In this document: positions 47,360 through 57,149 of the stretch, one piece after another | Position numbering within the stretch: the first letter of the stretch is position 1 | Layout of the letters: each line of letters opens with the position of its first letter | Virus record (IMG/VR): IMGVR_UViG_2548877036_000005 | Location: 14,660-78,659 of that record | DNA: 64,000 nucleotides | Direction: 5' to 3' (one strand) | DNA from: a virus | Lineage: Duplodnaviria; Caudoviricetes | Made by a program: the position numbers and the translations under genes | The notes under the pieces: generated by a model | What the model was told of the DNA's origin: nothing | Databases searched by the model: none | Seen by the model: the letters and a program-made list of their open reading frames with translations, nothing else

Positions 47360-48751
47360 ATGGCTACTGGCTGGTGGGTTGAATTCTTTTGTTCGCCTGT
47401 AACAGCCACTATCGCCGTTTCGGGCGGGGTTCCTGGCGTGAGTGTCACGCGCGACAATTACGTGTTCCCGGCTCCGGCGACTCTGGTGGTCGCTGGAGCC
47501 GAGCCCGCGATTATTGGTCCGCCGCTGCGGCCCGGATCAGCCGATTTGGTGCTCACCCCTGGGGCGCCACTGGTTCGGGTTGGGCAGGTATTGACCCCTG
47601 ATGATGCGGAGCTGGCGGTTACTGGCGGCTCCCCGGTGGTGGTGCAGTCCAGCAATAACCTGATCATTCCGGCAGGCGGAACGTGCGCACTGGCTGGCGG
47701 CGCCCCGACCGTACTTACCGGGCTGGTACTCACCCCGACTGGTGCGACTCCGACCCTTACGGGCGGAACACCGCTCATCGCGGCTCGTATTGTGCCAGCG
47801 GGCGCTTCACCGACTCTTACGGGTGGGCGCCCGTTGATCAACGTGAATTATCCGCCGCCTACGGTGCAGCTCACCGTTACGGGTGGCCGTCCGCTGATCC
47901 TGACGGGTGTGGCTCCTGGGGGTGCTACAGCAACCCTTACGGGTGGCGCGGGATCAGTCGGCCTGGGTGTCACTGGGGCACCTGTTTCACTGACGCTGAC
48001 AGTTGGTTCGCCGCGTATTGCATCCACGATTGCCCCGCCTGGGGCTACTCCGACACTGACTGGCGGAAGCCCACGAATCGATACGAAGATAGCCCCAACA
48101 GGGACATCCGCGTCGCTGACCGGTGGTACCCCGATTGTGACGAACGTGTCGAACGCTTCGTACATTTCGTCGGCTGGGGCTGCGGCCTCCTCGGTCACCA
48201 TCCCCACCCATTCGGTTGGGGATCTGATCGTTCTGTTCGCGTACAACCCGTTCTCAACTCATGCCCCCACTAAGCCCGCAGCGGGTGGGACGGTACCTGA
48301 CTGGGAATACATAGATCCCGGTGATAGTGCTAGCGGGTCAGGTTGCGTGACGGCGATGTTCAAAGCCACAGCAACGAACACCACGTCAGGGTCGTGGGGT
48401 ACCGCGTCGCACTTGATTGCGGTAGTGGTGCGGAATCAGAACGCAACGTCACCGATTGGTGGTCATGCTAAACAGGCCGGTTCTAGTGCTACATCCACGG
48501 CCCCTTCAGTACCTATGAGTCACACGGATGGGTCGTCGGTCCTGTTGCATTTCCATGGACATTCAAATCTTGGTTCAACCGGGTGGGATGCGGCACCGGC
48601 TGGTTATACACGGGGCGCAACATCGGGTGCCGCTTTTAGTTCGGCGACGGCACTGAATTACAAGAACATAACAACTTCTGATGGCTCTGTGGGTCAAACG
48701 GGCGGGCAGAACACGAGTTATGCGGCTGCGACTGTGGAAGTCATCAATTAA
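47360..48751 (+). CDS. Minor tail fibre-like protein with ~17-aa repeats
   Basis: Repeated P-x-GA-x-x-TLTGG-x-P-x-I units. Confidence 0.75.
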   Translation: MATGWWVEFFCSPVTATIAVSGGVPGVSVTRDNYVFPAPATLVVAGAEPAIIGPPLRPGSADLVLTPGAPLVRVGQVLTPDDAELAVTGGSPVVVQSSNNLIIPAGGTCALAGGAPTVLTGLVLTPTGATPTLTGGTPLIAARIVPAGASPTLTGGRPLINVNYPPPTVQLTVTGGRPLILTGVAPGGATATLTGGAGSVGLGVTGAPVSLTLTVGSPRIASTIAPPGATPTLTGGSPRIDTKIAPTGTSASLTGGTPIVTNVSNASYISSAGAAASSVTIPTHSVGDLIVLFAYNPFSTHAPTKPAAGGTVPDWEYIDPGDSASGSGCVTAMFKATATNTTSGSWGTASHLIAVVVRNQNATSPIGGHAKQAGSSATSTAPSVPMSHTDGSSVLLHFHGHSNLGSTGWDAAPAGYTRGATSGAAFSSATALNYKNITTSDGSVGQTGGQNTSYAAATVEVIN

Positions 48752-48787
48752 TACAACTGAATAAATATAACTGAATAGGACAATTTA

Positions 48788-49219
48788 ATGACCGCTGGTA
48801 ACTGGACGTTCACTAATGGCGGGCGCACTAGGCTCCTTAATGGCACTTTCGATATCGACTCGGATACTTTCCGGGTCGCTCTTGTCACCTCTACATCGAA
48901 TATCGGTGCATCGACTACCACTTGGGCTGGTGTCACAAATGAGGTGGCCAACGGTAACGGATACACCACTGGTGGTATTGCTGTTACTTTGGTTCTTTCT
49001 GGAACTACGAGTGTCACTGCATCGTTTTCGTCTAACCCAACTTGGACTGCTTCGGGTGGAAGTATTACCGCGCGATGGGCGGTGTTGTATGAGCTTGGCG
49101 GGGATGTCTTGTGCTATGTGCTATTGGATAACACGCCCGCTGATGTGGTTACCACTAATGGTAACTCGCTGACGATTGACAGTGACGGCTCGCCTGCACC
49201 TGTATTTACGTTGGCTTAA
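48788..49219 (+). CDS. Minor tail/structural protein
   Basis: DTFRVAL ... NEV ... GYTTGG ... WTASGGSITAR. Confidence 0.7.
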   Translation: MTAGNWTFTNGGRTRLLNGTFDIDSDTFRVALVTSTSNIGASTTTWAGVTNEVANGNGYTTGGIAVTLVLSGTTSVTASFSSNPTWTASGGSITARWAVLYELGGDVLCYVLLDNTPADVVTTNGNSLTIDSDGSPAPVFTLA

Positions 49220-49407
49220 AGCGTATGAATGTGTTCGCTGGCCCGCCCGAATTGCATTGCCCGATTTGTGATGGGCGTGTTGGTTGGGGCGGGCATGAAT
49301 CAAGTTTCCGGCATCGTACGCACCTGCTTTTGATGGCAGCTGAAATCAATTTACGGCTGGCTTTTGTCAGGGTGCGTGCGCGGCTGGTTCAGCTTTTGGG
49401 GGGTTAA

Positions 49408-50343
49408 ATGCTGGGTATTGGTCCGAGGATGGACACGATTACCCTCACGGCGGGGTCGCGTCTTGAAATCCCCGAATGGCAGTTGTCGGGTAGTTATCCA
49501 GCTGGCTCTACTGCCCAGCTTGTGATCACAGATGATGCTGCGATCACGCTGGCGACGTTTGATGGCACGGTCACGGCGCGCGGAATTTCGTTCGCGGAGG
49601 AAGCCGCTGATGTAGCGGATATTGAGCACGGCTCCAATTTCATTCTGTTTGTGACTTATCCGGGGCAGTCTGCGTTGGCATTGCGCCAGGGGAAGGTGAT
49701 CCGGCAGGAGCCCCGGTATCCGTTGACGCCGCCTGAGGATGAAACCGACTACACGGTGCAGTACACAGCGGATTTTGTTGGCTCCTACATTGGGCCGCGC
49801 TGGATTCCGATGGGCGGAACGGGTATGGAGATCCATACTCACGGCCTGATTTCTGAGGTTCCGTCTATGGGGCCGAAGTATGCGTTCTTTAATCAGGCAT
49901 GCGCTAAATGGTATGCGCCCATGCACATGGATTCTGTGTCGATCAATGTGCGTGTGCTGAATGTGGGTGCGGGCCGGTTCAACGTGATTGTTTGTGGCGA
50001 TTACGCCATGACTGCGTGGTTGGCGATTTCATTCGAAACGGGAATCACAAATAACAAGGTCCATGTCATCAAGGGCAATAGCCCGCTGACCGCCGATTTT
50101 GTGGGCGACCCGGTAAACAACACAGTCGCTAACGGTGACACATACAAGGTTGTTTACAACCATTTGGGGCAGACGCTTTCTTGTTATAAGAACGGCAATC
50201 TGAGCACGCCAATTATTTCTGGCGATGTTACCGGCCTGGTTCCTCATGGTGAGGGTTTCCGGCATGTGGGTTTGAGCTGGTCTACGTCTCTTTTCACGCC
50301 TGGTGTTGAGCCGACTGCTTGGGAAGCTCGGGACGGTATTTAA
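49408..50343 (+). CDS. Minor tail protein (lectin-like C-terminus)
   Basis: VPHGEGFRHVG motif; last tail gene. Confidence 0.65.
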   Translation: MLGIGPRMDTITLTAGSRLEIPEWQLSGSYPAGSTAQLVITDDAAITLATFDGTVTARGISFAEEAADVADIEHGSNFILFVTYPGQSALALRQGKVIRQEPRYPLTPPEDETDYTVQYTADFVGSYIGPRWIPMGGTGMEIHTHGLISEVPSMGPKYAFFNQACAKWYAPMHMDSVSINVRVLNVGAGRFNVIVCGDYAMTAWLAISFETGITNNKVHVIKGNSPLTADFVGDPVNNTVANGDTYKVVYNHLGQTLSCYKNGNLSTPIISGDVTGLVPHGEGFRHVGLSWSTSLFTPGVEPTAWEARDGI

Positions 50344-50360
50344 GTATTTGGGGGAAACAA

Positions 50361-50687
50361 TTGAAGTTTATTGAAAATCTGGTGCTGATGTTCGCCGAAA
50401 AGGTGGCAGAAGCAGTAGCTAAAGAAATCGCGAAACAGATCCCGGAGATTACTAAGAGCATCACGGAGGCGGTGGCCCGTGAGGTTGGTGACGTTGCGGA
50501 CAAGTTGGGGGATGTCGCTGCGGATGTTTCTAAGACCATTGTCACTGAGGTTTCGGGATCGGTTCAACATATTTCGGACAGTATGTTGAAAACAGTGGGG
50601 GAGTCTTTCCAGGGTCTTTCTGGGTTGGTTGCCAAGTCGATTAATGATGCCTTTGCGAATCTGAACCCGTTTAATTGGGGGAAGTAG
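50361..50687 (+). CDS. Hypothetical helical protein before lysin A
   Basis: GGGGGAAACAA RBS plus TTG start. Confidence 0.65.
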   Translation: MKFIENLVLMFAEKVAEAVAKEIAKQIPEITKSITEAVAREVGDVADKLGDVAADVSKTIVTEVSGSVQHISDSMLKTVGESFQGLSGLVAKSINDAFANLNPFNWGK

Positions 50688-51874
50688 TGGCGGCGACAAA
50701 GGATGATGTTGCGCAGTTGACTATTGCCGAGGCAAAGAAGCGGAAGTATGGCCGCGACGACTGCCTGGCGATAATGTCTACTTTCTACCAGGAGTCCGGG
50801 TGGAATGAAACGATTTGGGACCCCTCCCAAACTACGTATGGGGTAGCGCAGCAGGACGGAAGTTATCCGAACCGGTTCAATGGTGCGGCGGCGCAGATCT
50901 CCGCGTTCTTTGATCGGCTCGACGTGCAGCGGAAGAAGCCTGGCGCGAGCGCAGATATTTGGCTGAACATTTGTTGGCTACAGCAGGCCCCGAACTGGCC
51001 CAGCGCCCAGTACTGGTATGACAATGGGCGCCGCGCTTACCTGGACGAAATCAAGTCCCGTATCGGGACTGTGAGGCCGTATCTCGATAAGTACTGGGCT
51101 GATGGTTCAGCCCCGGCAGATAACCGGCCAGACTTCAACGAATTCCCGCTGTGGAGTCCGAGTAATTCGTCTCGTGGTGGGACGAACGTTGACTCGTTTT
51201 TCATTCATACACAGGAGGGCGGCGGCGGGGATTCCGCCGCTGAGGATCTGGCGAAATACCTTGGTAACCCTTTCAATCAGGTGTCCTACCACTACACGAT
51301 CAGTCAGGCATCCGATGGCGGTGTGACGGTCGTTGACGTTGTGGACACCGATTACGCGTCGTGGTCGGTGCTGTCTGCGAACAGCCGCAGCATCAATCTG
51401 TGCTTCGCGGGCTCTAAGGCGTCGTGGTCCCGTGATCAGTGGATGAAGCAATCAAAGGCTATCGATGTTGCGGCCTATCTGGTTGTTCAGGATTGCAAGA
51501 AGTATGGCATTCCGTTCAATGTTGTCGCGCCTCCGTATACGGGCCGGATTCCGGGTATCTCGGATCACCGTTATGTGACGCAGGTTTTGAAGGACGGCAC
51601 GCACACGGATGTGGGTGACCAGTTCCCGTGGGACTACTTCACGGCACGTATCAACTTCTACGCCGACATTAAGGCCCCTGTGGAGCCGTCTGAGCCCACA
51701 GAGCCGCAGCCGAAGGTGTATCCCCGTGACTTCACAGATCGGGAGCTTCTGGAGGAAATCTGGACCCAATTGCGGGGTCCAGGCGGTAAAGGCTGGCCGC
51801 AGCTCGGACAAAACAGTCGGGGGCAAAACCTGTCACTTGTTGATGGGGTAGCGAAACTTTTGGGGGACAAATGA
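50687..51874 (+). CDS. lysA: Lysin A (endolysin, N-acetylmuramoyl-L-alanine amidase domain)
   Basis: IHTQEG, SYHY, SINLCFAG, HTDVG; C-terminal LRGP-x-x-x-GWPQLG. Confidence 0.93.
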   Translation: MAATKDDVAQLTIAEAKKRKYGRDDCLAIMSTFYQESGWNETIWDPSQTTYGVAQQDGSYPNRFNGAAAQISAFFDRLDVQRKKPGASADIWLNICWLQQAPNWPSAQYWYDNGRRAYLDEIKSRIGTVRPYLDKYWADGSAPADNRPDFNEFPLWSPSNSSRGGTNVDSFFIHTQEGGGGDSAAEDLAKYLGNPFNQVSYHYTISQASDGGVTVVDVVDTDYASWSVLSANSRSINLCFAGSKASWSRDQWMKQSKAIDVAAYLVVQDCKKYGIPFNVVAPPYTGRIPGISDHRYVTQVLKDGTHTDVGDQFPWDYFTARINFYADIKAPVEPSEPTEPQPKVYPRDFTDRELLEEIWTQLRGPGGKGWPQLGQNSRGQNLSLVDGVAKLLGDK

Positions 51875-52917
51875 GGGTTGGCGGTGTCTACGTCGGCCTC
51901 GGCTTAGGTGATTCGTCTAAGGAAATCCGCAAGATCAAGATGTTCATGCGGCGAAAGTTTTCTTCGTACGCGGGTGGCTTGGCGGACACCGAGTTGTATG
52001 ACGACGCGATGGTTGCGGCTGTCACCGAAATGCAGTCCCGCTACCTTCGGTCCGGGCAGTTGACATCTGATGAATTTCTGCCGGGTGTGATCAACGCGGA
52101 AACCAAGTATGTGATGGGTTATCTGCCGCGTCCGTTGACGGTGAAACCGGTGATCTTCACGGTTGAGGGTCACCTGTCGGATATGTGGGCGGGGCCGTCA
52201 GCGTCTATTGGTTCGCAGCTGTCGGGCGAGGGTTTGGCGTTTTGGCAGCCTGTCGGCTACAACAGTGGCGCTCTGCCTTTCGACAACAAGTCGGGCATGA
52301 ATGAACTGGTCAGGCTGGTTGGTTCCACCAGGTTGACGGATGAGTCTGGCCGTGTCGTGGCTGAGTTCCCTGCCGGTACACCTTGGGGGATCACCGGGTT
52401 TTCGCAGGGCGCCATGGTGGTGTGCGAGTTCATGATGAAGTACGTCATCCCTGAGGGCGCGGCGCTGCATTGGCGGCTGGCCGACTTCAAACGCGGCTTG
52501 TGTTTCGGGAATCCGCGCCGGGAGAAGGACAAGGTTTGCCCTTGGTCTACTGATCCTCCAGCGGAGGGCACGCAGGGCATCATGGATGTGCTGTTCAACT
52601 CGTCTCAAACGGTTATCGCGGACAGGTGGCAGGAGCATCCCCGTAAGGGTGACATGTTCACGGAGAACACCACGGATTCTGCCGGTAAAGACAAGACGGC
52701 TATCGCGAAGATCATTTGCGAGAATTCGTGGGTCGGTGGCCCGTCCGCGTTGTTTGCGCGAGTGTTGGCGTTGTTCGGTAATCCTGTCGGTGAGGGCTTC
52801 GCGGCGGTTAAAGCATTGTTCGACGCGATCATGTTTCTGGTTCGCAATCCGAATCCGCATTATTCGACTGTTGCGGAGCCGGGGGATTTTCAGTGGATGC
52901 GCGGTATCGCCGCGTGA
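51871..52917 (+). CDS. lysB: Lysin B (mycolylarabinogalactan esterase)
   Basis: N-terminal peptidoglycan-binding-like region, GFSQGA nucleophile, FGNP, C-terminal PHY. Confidence 0.92.
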   Translation: MRVGGVYVGLGLGDSSKEIRKIKMFMRRKFSSYAGGLADTELYDDAMVAAVTEMQSRYLRSGQLTSDEFLPGVINAETKYVMGYLPRPLTVKPVIFTVEGHLSDMWAGPSASIGSQLSGEGLAFWQPVGYNSGALPFDNKSGMNELVRLVGSTRLTDESGRVVAEFPAGTPWGITGFSQGAMVVCEFMMKYVIPEGAALHWRLADFKRGLCFGNPRREKDKVCPWSTDPPAEGTQGIMDVLFNSSQTVIADRWQEHPRKGDMFTENTTDSAGKDKTAIAKIICENSWVGGPSALFARVLALFGNPVGEGFAAVKALFDAIMFLVRNPNPHYSTVAEPGDFQWMRGIAA

Positions 52918-52927
52918 GGGGGTCGTT

Positions 52928-53269
52928 TTGAGTTTCAGTGAGGACACGGCGCCTTTGGACGATAAGTTCCGTGGTGCCCAGGTTGTGTTGCGGGCGGTTG
53001 TTGGTGATCGTGTAGACCGGAAGTTCCGGGCTAATTACACGATGGCTAAGTATTTGGCTGACCGCCGTAAGATTAAGAAAATTGTTATCGAGGTTGATCC
53101 GGGTAAGGCTTCACCTGTCGAGGTTGAGCATGCTTTGGAGCGGGCTTTCGCTGGCGTACCGCATCCTGCGGTAGTGGTGGGAGAGGACCCCGCTGAAGAA
53201 CTCGGCGTTCCTGAAAAGCCGTTGTGGCCCGAGGTGCCTGGATTGAAGAACGAAAATGGGGGAGAGTAA
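52928..53269 (+). CDS. Hypothetical protein
   Basis: ORF in the lysis cassette; likely TTG start. Confidence 0.55.
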   Translation: MSFSEDTAPLDDKFRGAQVVLRAVVGDRVDRKFRANYTMAKYLADRRKIKKIVIEVDPGKASPVEVEHALERAFAGVPHPAVVVGEDPAEELGVPEKPLWPEVPGLKNENGGE

Positions 53270-53271
53270 AA

Positions 53272-53484
53272 ATGGTACGTATTCTTGGTAAGAAGCCTTC
53301 GGAGATACGTAAGGCTGTCGCTGCTGTTATAGCGGTTCTGTTGGCGGTGCTGGTGGCGATTCCTGTAGTGGGATTGCCGTTGAAGGTGGCTGCTGTTATC
53401 GCTGCGGCTATCGCCGTGTTGAAGGGCGCCGAGGTGGTTTTGAATAAAGTCGCTGGCGCTATCGACTCCGCTGACAACCTCTAA
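53272..53484 (+). CDS. Holin-like membrane protein
   Basis: SEIRKAVAA followed by two hydrophobic helices; after lysB. Confidence 0.7.
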   Translation: MVRILGKKPSEIRKAVAAVIAVLLAVLVAIPVVGLPLKVAAVIAAAIAVLKGAEVVLNKVAGAIDSADNL

Positions 53485-53489
53485 CCCCT

Positions 53490-53849
53490 GTGGGGTTGGT
53501 TGAGGCCGTCACTTCCATAATCGTGGCCCTTATCGCGGGCCTCGGTTATTGGTTGGGGCGGAAGTCTAAGAAGGAAGCCAACCAAAACGATTTGACGGAG
53601 CTTCAGCAGAAAGCTATCGAGGTTTTGTTGGAGCCATTGACGAAGCGTGTTGAGGATCTGGAGAAAGAGTTGGCTGAGGTTAAGGGCGCTCTTGAATCTG
53701 AGCGCCGCGATCACGCTCACACAGATGCGTTGTTGGTGACAGCTACCGGGCATATCCGGGATGTTCATGGTTCGTGGCGTGCGGGTGATCCTGATCCGCC
53801 ACCGGTTCCTGCTGTCCTGTTGTCGAGAGTTTTCCCTGAAGGTCGATAG
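53490..53849 (+). CDS. Membrane-anchored coiled-coil lysis-cassette protein
   Basis: N-terminal TM helix, coiled coil, Pro-rich end. Confidence 0.7.
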   Translation: MGLVEAVTSIIVALIAGLGYWLGRKSKKEANQNDLTELQQKAIEVLLEPLTKRVEDLEKELAEVKGALESERRDHAHTDALLVTATGHIRDVHGSWRAGDPDPPPVPAVLLSRVFPEGR

Positions 53850-53851
53850 TT

Positions 53852-54109
53852 TTGTTGGTTACTGTTTATTCACCTAACGCGTATTGCCATAAGTGTGAGT
53901 TGACGAAAAAGGGACTGGAGAAGTCTGATGTTCCGTTCTCTGCGGTTGTGGTGGACGACGAGTTGGCTGCGGTATTGCGTGGCGAGGGCTTTTCGTCGTT
54001 TCCGGTAGTTAAGGTTGATTTAGGTGATGGTGCCACGTGGTCGTGGTGCGATTTCCGGTTCGAAAATATTCAGCGTTTGAAGACCATGTTTTATCAGTCT
54101 GATAGCTGA
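53852..54109 (+). CDS. NrdH-like glutaredoxin
   Basis: VTVYS ... CHKC ... SFPVV ... W-x-DFR. Confidence 0.85.
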   Translation: MLVTVYSPNAYCHKCELTKKGLEKSDVPFSAVVVDDELAAVLRGEGFSSFPVVKVDLGDGATWSWCDFRFENIQRLKTMFYQSDS

Positions 54110-54140
54110 ATTCTGTGTTCTTGTCTGCGTTATGTGGGCT

Positions 54141-54198
54141 GGGCGGGTCTAGTTCCCTTTTCGGTTTCCCCGAAGGGTTCTAGGCCCGCCCCTTTTTT
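54141..54198 (+). terminator. Intrinsic terminator ending the late operon
   Basis: GGGCGGGTCTAG/CTAGGCCCGCCC stem plus T6. Confidence 0.85.
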
Positions 54199-54249
54199 GC
54201 GTTTCCGGGGTTCTGTGATCTTGAATCGGCGTAGGGTAGCCCCGAGACA

Positions 54250-55314
54250 GTGGGAGGAGTCAGGGTGAACCTTGGGGCGGCATTTGATCCACGTAACAAC
54301 GCCCTGAACGCGTGGAGACTCTTCCTGGCTACTGGGGTGATCCTGTGGCATTCGTGGCCGCTGACAGGCAATGACGCCCCGAACCGGTGGGTGGAGCAGC
54401 TGGGGTCGCAGGTGTTCGTGGATGCCTTCTTCGCCATATCAGGGTTTCTGATCACACGCAGCTGGCTCCGCAGGCCCGTGGTACGCGAGTACGCGGTAGC
54501 GCGGGCGCTCCGCATTCTGCCCGGACTGTGGGTGTGCGTGCTGATCACCGCGTTCATATTCGCCCCGGCCAGTGTGTTGATTCAGCACGGCTCCGTGGGC
54601 GCGTTGATGGCTTCCGGCGCCCCCGTCGCATACGCCATCAACAACTGCCTGATGAATGTCGTCTTCTATGTGGGCATCAATGGCACGCCCCGAGAGGTGC
54701 CCTGGCCTCACGTCTGGAACGGCTCACTGTGGACGCTGGTGTTTGAGGCGGGCTGCTATATAGCGGTAGCCGCTATAGGTGTGGCCGGGCTACTGAAGTA
54801 TCGGTGGACCATCCCTGCCGCATTCCTGCTAACACTGGCAGCCACGGCAGTGTTCGGCTACCCGTCATTCGGTATGTCAACTATTCCGCAGATGATTGCC
54901 AGATTCGCTGTGATGTTCGCAGCCGGGGCCGTCATCTACCAGTATCAGGACCGCCTGCCCGCCTTGTGGCCGCTCGTCGGACTTTGCGTCGGGGTGGTAC
55001 TACTGTCCGGGCTATTGCCCAACTACCGGGTGCTGGCGGCTTTACCGCTGGCCTACCTGGTGATCACATCCGGCGCGTTACTGAAACATCCCCACCTAAA
55101 CCTGCGCAATGACCTGTCCTACGGGGTGTACATCTACGCCTTCCCGGTTCAGCAGCTTCTCGTGATCCTCGGATTTGGGGCGTGGGGTCCATTCCCAGTT
55201 TTCGTGCTGGCGACACTGGTGACGTTGCCGTTGGCTGCGGCGAGCTGGTTCATTGTGGAGAAGCGTGCATTAGCACTGAAGAGAAGGCAGCGAGCTAAGG
55301 GGGCGGTCCTTTGA
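54250..55314 (+). CDS. Acyltransferase family 3 (OafA-like) membrane protein
   Basis: R-x-x-LA-x-x-V-x-x-x-H, VDAFFAISGFLI, RALRILP, NGSLWTL-x-x-E, SYGVYIY, SWFIVEK. Confidence 0.92.
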   Translation: MGGVRVNLGAAFDPRNNALNAWRLFLATGVILWHSWPLTGNDAPNRWVEQLGSQVFVDAFFAISGFLITRSWLRRPVVREYAVARALRILPGLWVCVLITAFIFAPASVLIQHGSVGALMASGAPVAYAINNCLMNVVFYVGINGTPREVPWPHVWNGSLWTLVFEAGCYIAVAAIGVAGLLKYRWTIPAAFLLTLAATAVFGYPSFGMSTIPQMIARFAVMFAAGAVIYQYQDRLPALWPLVGLCVGVVLLSGLLPNYRVLAALPLAYLVITSGALLKHPHLNLRNDLSYGVYIYAFPVQQLLVILGFGAWGPFPVFVLATLVTLPLAAASWFIVEKRALALKRRQRAKGAVL

Positions 55315-55493
55315 ACATCTTGCTGGTTTTCCTGATCCTGCTTGCTGTGGCTACGGTGGTAGCGCGGAGTGACGATCCACGACCCACGCTCCAAGACACA
55401 TGGTGGTGATTCAGCCAAGCGGCACTAGGGCTGTAGTGCTACGCTTCCCGCAAACTAGGTGACGGTGGTCACCTGAACGGGGAGGTGACCAGT

Positions 55494-55799
55494 ATGAGTG
55501 AACCGCTACACGTGGCATTCGATGAGCTACAGCGGACGGCTGCCGTCCTACGCACCGATGCTGAGACCTGGCGGCAAGAGAAGAAATACGTCCACGAATC
55601 TATCCAGGCTATCGCTAGCCGCTTCAGTGCAGGGTCTTCTGGTAGGGCCATGACCAACCTAGTTGAGCACTGGGAGCAACAGACCTCGGATCGGCACGAG
55701 GCGTTCGACGGCCACTGCGATGCACACGAGGTAGCCGCGCACGACTTTATGGCAGTTGAAGAGCGGGGCGTAGACAACTTTCGGACATCCGGCAGGTAA
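55494..55799 (+). CDS. WXG100/ESAT-6-like small protein
   Basis: ~100 aa helical hairpin, MSEPLHV start, degenerate central motif, C-terminal F-x-x-x-E. Confidence 0.75.
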   Translation: MSEPLHVAFDELQRTAAVLRTDAETWRQEKKYVHESIQAIASRFSAGSSGRAMTNLVEHWEQQTSDRHEAFDGHCDAHEVAAHDFMAVEERGVDNFRTSGR

Positions 55800-55802
55800 T
55801 CC

Positions 55803-57149
55803 GTGATCCCACTATCGGATGCTCTCAGATGGCCCCCGTATATCCAAGAGTTTATCGATATGGGCCTGAAGAGCTACCAGTCGGATAAGAAGCTGAGTCA
55901 GACGATCTTGGATCTCAGCAAAATGTCCACCTGGGAAGGGCTGAGCGGAAACGCCGCACGCAACGCACTTCGCACGGACCACAAGACGCTCGACATGGAT
56001 TCCGAAGCGGCGAAAGTGCTTATCACGAACGCGTACAACACCCACTCGGCGTCGCTGGACGTTGAGAAGGGCATTCGTAGCATTGTCGAGTTCTCGGAGG
56101 AAGCGCCCAAGATCCTGGTGGATCTGGATACCAACCAGGTTTACCCACCGAATATAAGCCATCTTGATCCAGAGAAAGACGCAGCCGAGATCAAGAAAAT
56201 CCAAGAGAAATACACCCTGTTGCAGTCCCGGATGAAGACCGCTGAGCAGGCGGTTGAGATTGTCGATCAGGATTTTGCAAGACTCATGCAATACGCGACT
56301 GGCGCTCCTGTTGATCCGCTGCCAAAGTGGCGACAGCCGCCCCGCATTCACGGCGCACCCAAGGTCCAAATTGCAGCCGCTGGCAAGGGATTCGCGCCGA
56401 AAGGCGATGAGGAATTCCCCATACCCAAGCAGAAGCTCAAAGAGCACGAAGACAAATGGGGAGCCCCCAATTCAGGGATATACAAAGACGAAAAGGGCAA
56501 CGCCATCACCCGCCAGGGCGGCAAGCCACTCAAAATCCCAGATTTGAAGGGTCCGAAGCTCTGGGGCGACGAAAAAGAGGTTAGTCGTCAAAGAGGGTGG
56601 GCCGAAGGCGAATACGGGAAGGTGACGGTCGGTGGCCGGGACATCGATTACCGCTGGGGCGCACGCGGCCCCAGCTTGGACGGCAAGGCCGGTTTAGAAG
56701 GCTACGAAAAGGGCGTCGAGGGTAAGCTCGGCGGAAATGTCAACGTCTTCTCCAATGACCTTGAGATGCGTGCCCGTCTTGGTCCTGCGGACTTGATAGT
56801 TTCCGGGGACCAGAAGCTCGGCGTAGAGGTGAACACCGACACCACTCTCAACCTTGAAAAGAACGGTGGCCTACAAGGCGGCGGGGATGTCTTTGCCGGA
56901 TATTCGGAGAAAAAGAGCTTCGATGCCGATGCGTGGGGCATCCATTTCACAGATGACGTTACAGGATATGCAGGTGCCGGTGGCGGGGTGGGTGGCCACG
57001 CGGGCAAGACCGAAGACGGCAAGTGGGCTTTCGGATGGAATGCTGGCCTGGCTTTCGGGTTGGGAGCCAAGAACAAAATGGCAATCACCGTTGACCCGAG
57101 TGAGGTGAAGGGACACCTGAACGACTTGTGGCAGTGGCTCTCTAAGTGA
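55803..57149 (+). CDS. Putative type VII-secreted effector: WXG-like N-terminus, Gly-rich beta C-terminus
   Basis: TWEG motif in a helical N-terminus; C-terminus GGDVFAG ... GYAGAGGGVGG ... GLAFGLG ... ITVDP. Confidence 0.7.
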   Translation: MIPLSDALRWPPYIQEFIDMGLKSYQSDKKLSQTILDLSKMSTWEGLSGNAARNALRTDHKTLDMDSEAAKVLITNAYNTHSASLDVEKGIRSIVEFSEEAPKILVDLDTNQVYPPNISHLDPEKDAAEIKKIQEKYTLLQSRMKTAEQAVEIVDQDFARLMQYATGAPVDPLPKWRQPPRIHGAPKVQIAAAGKGFAPKGDEEFPIPKQKLKEHEDKWGAPNSGIYKDEKGNAITRQGGKPLKIPDLKGPKLWGDEKEVSRQRGWAEGEYGKVTVGGRDIDYRWGARGPSLDGKAGLEGYEKGVEGKLGGNVNVFSNDLEMRARLGPADLIVSGDQKLGVEVNTDTTLNLEKNGGLQGGGDVFAGYSEKKSFDADAWGIHFTDDVTGYAGAGGGVGGHAGKTEDGKWAFGWNAGLAFGLGAKNKMAITVDPSEVKGHLNDLWQWLSK

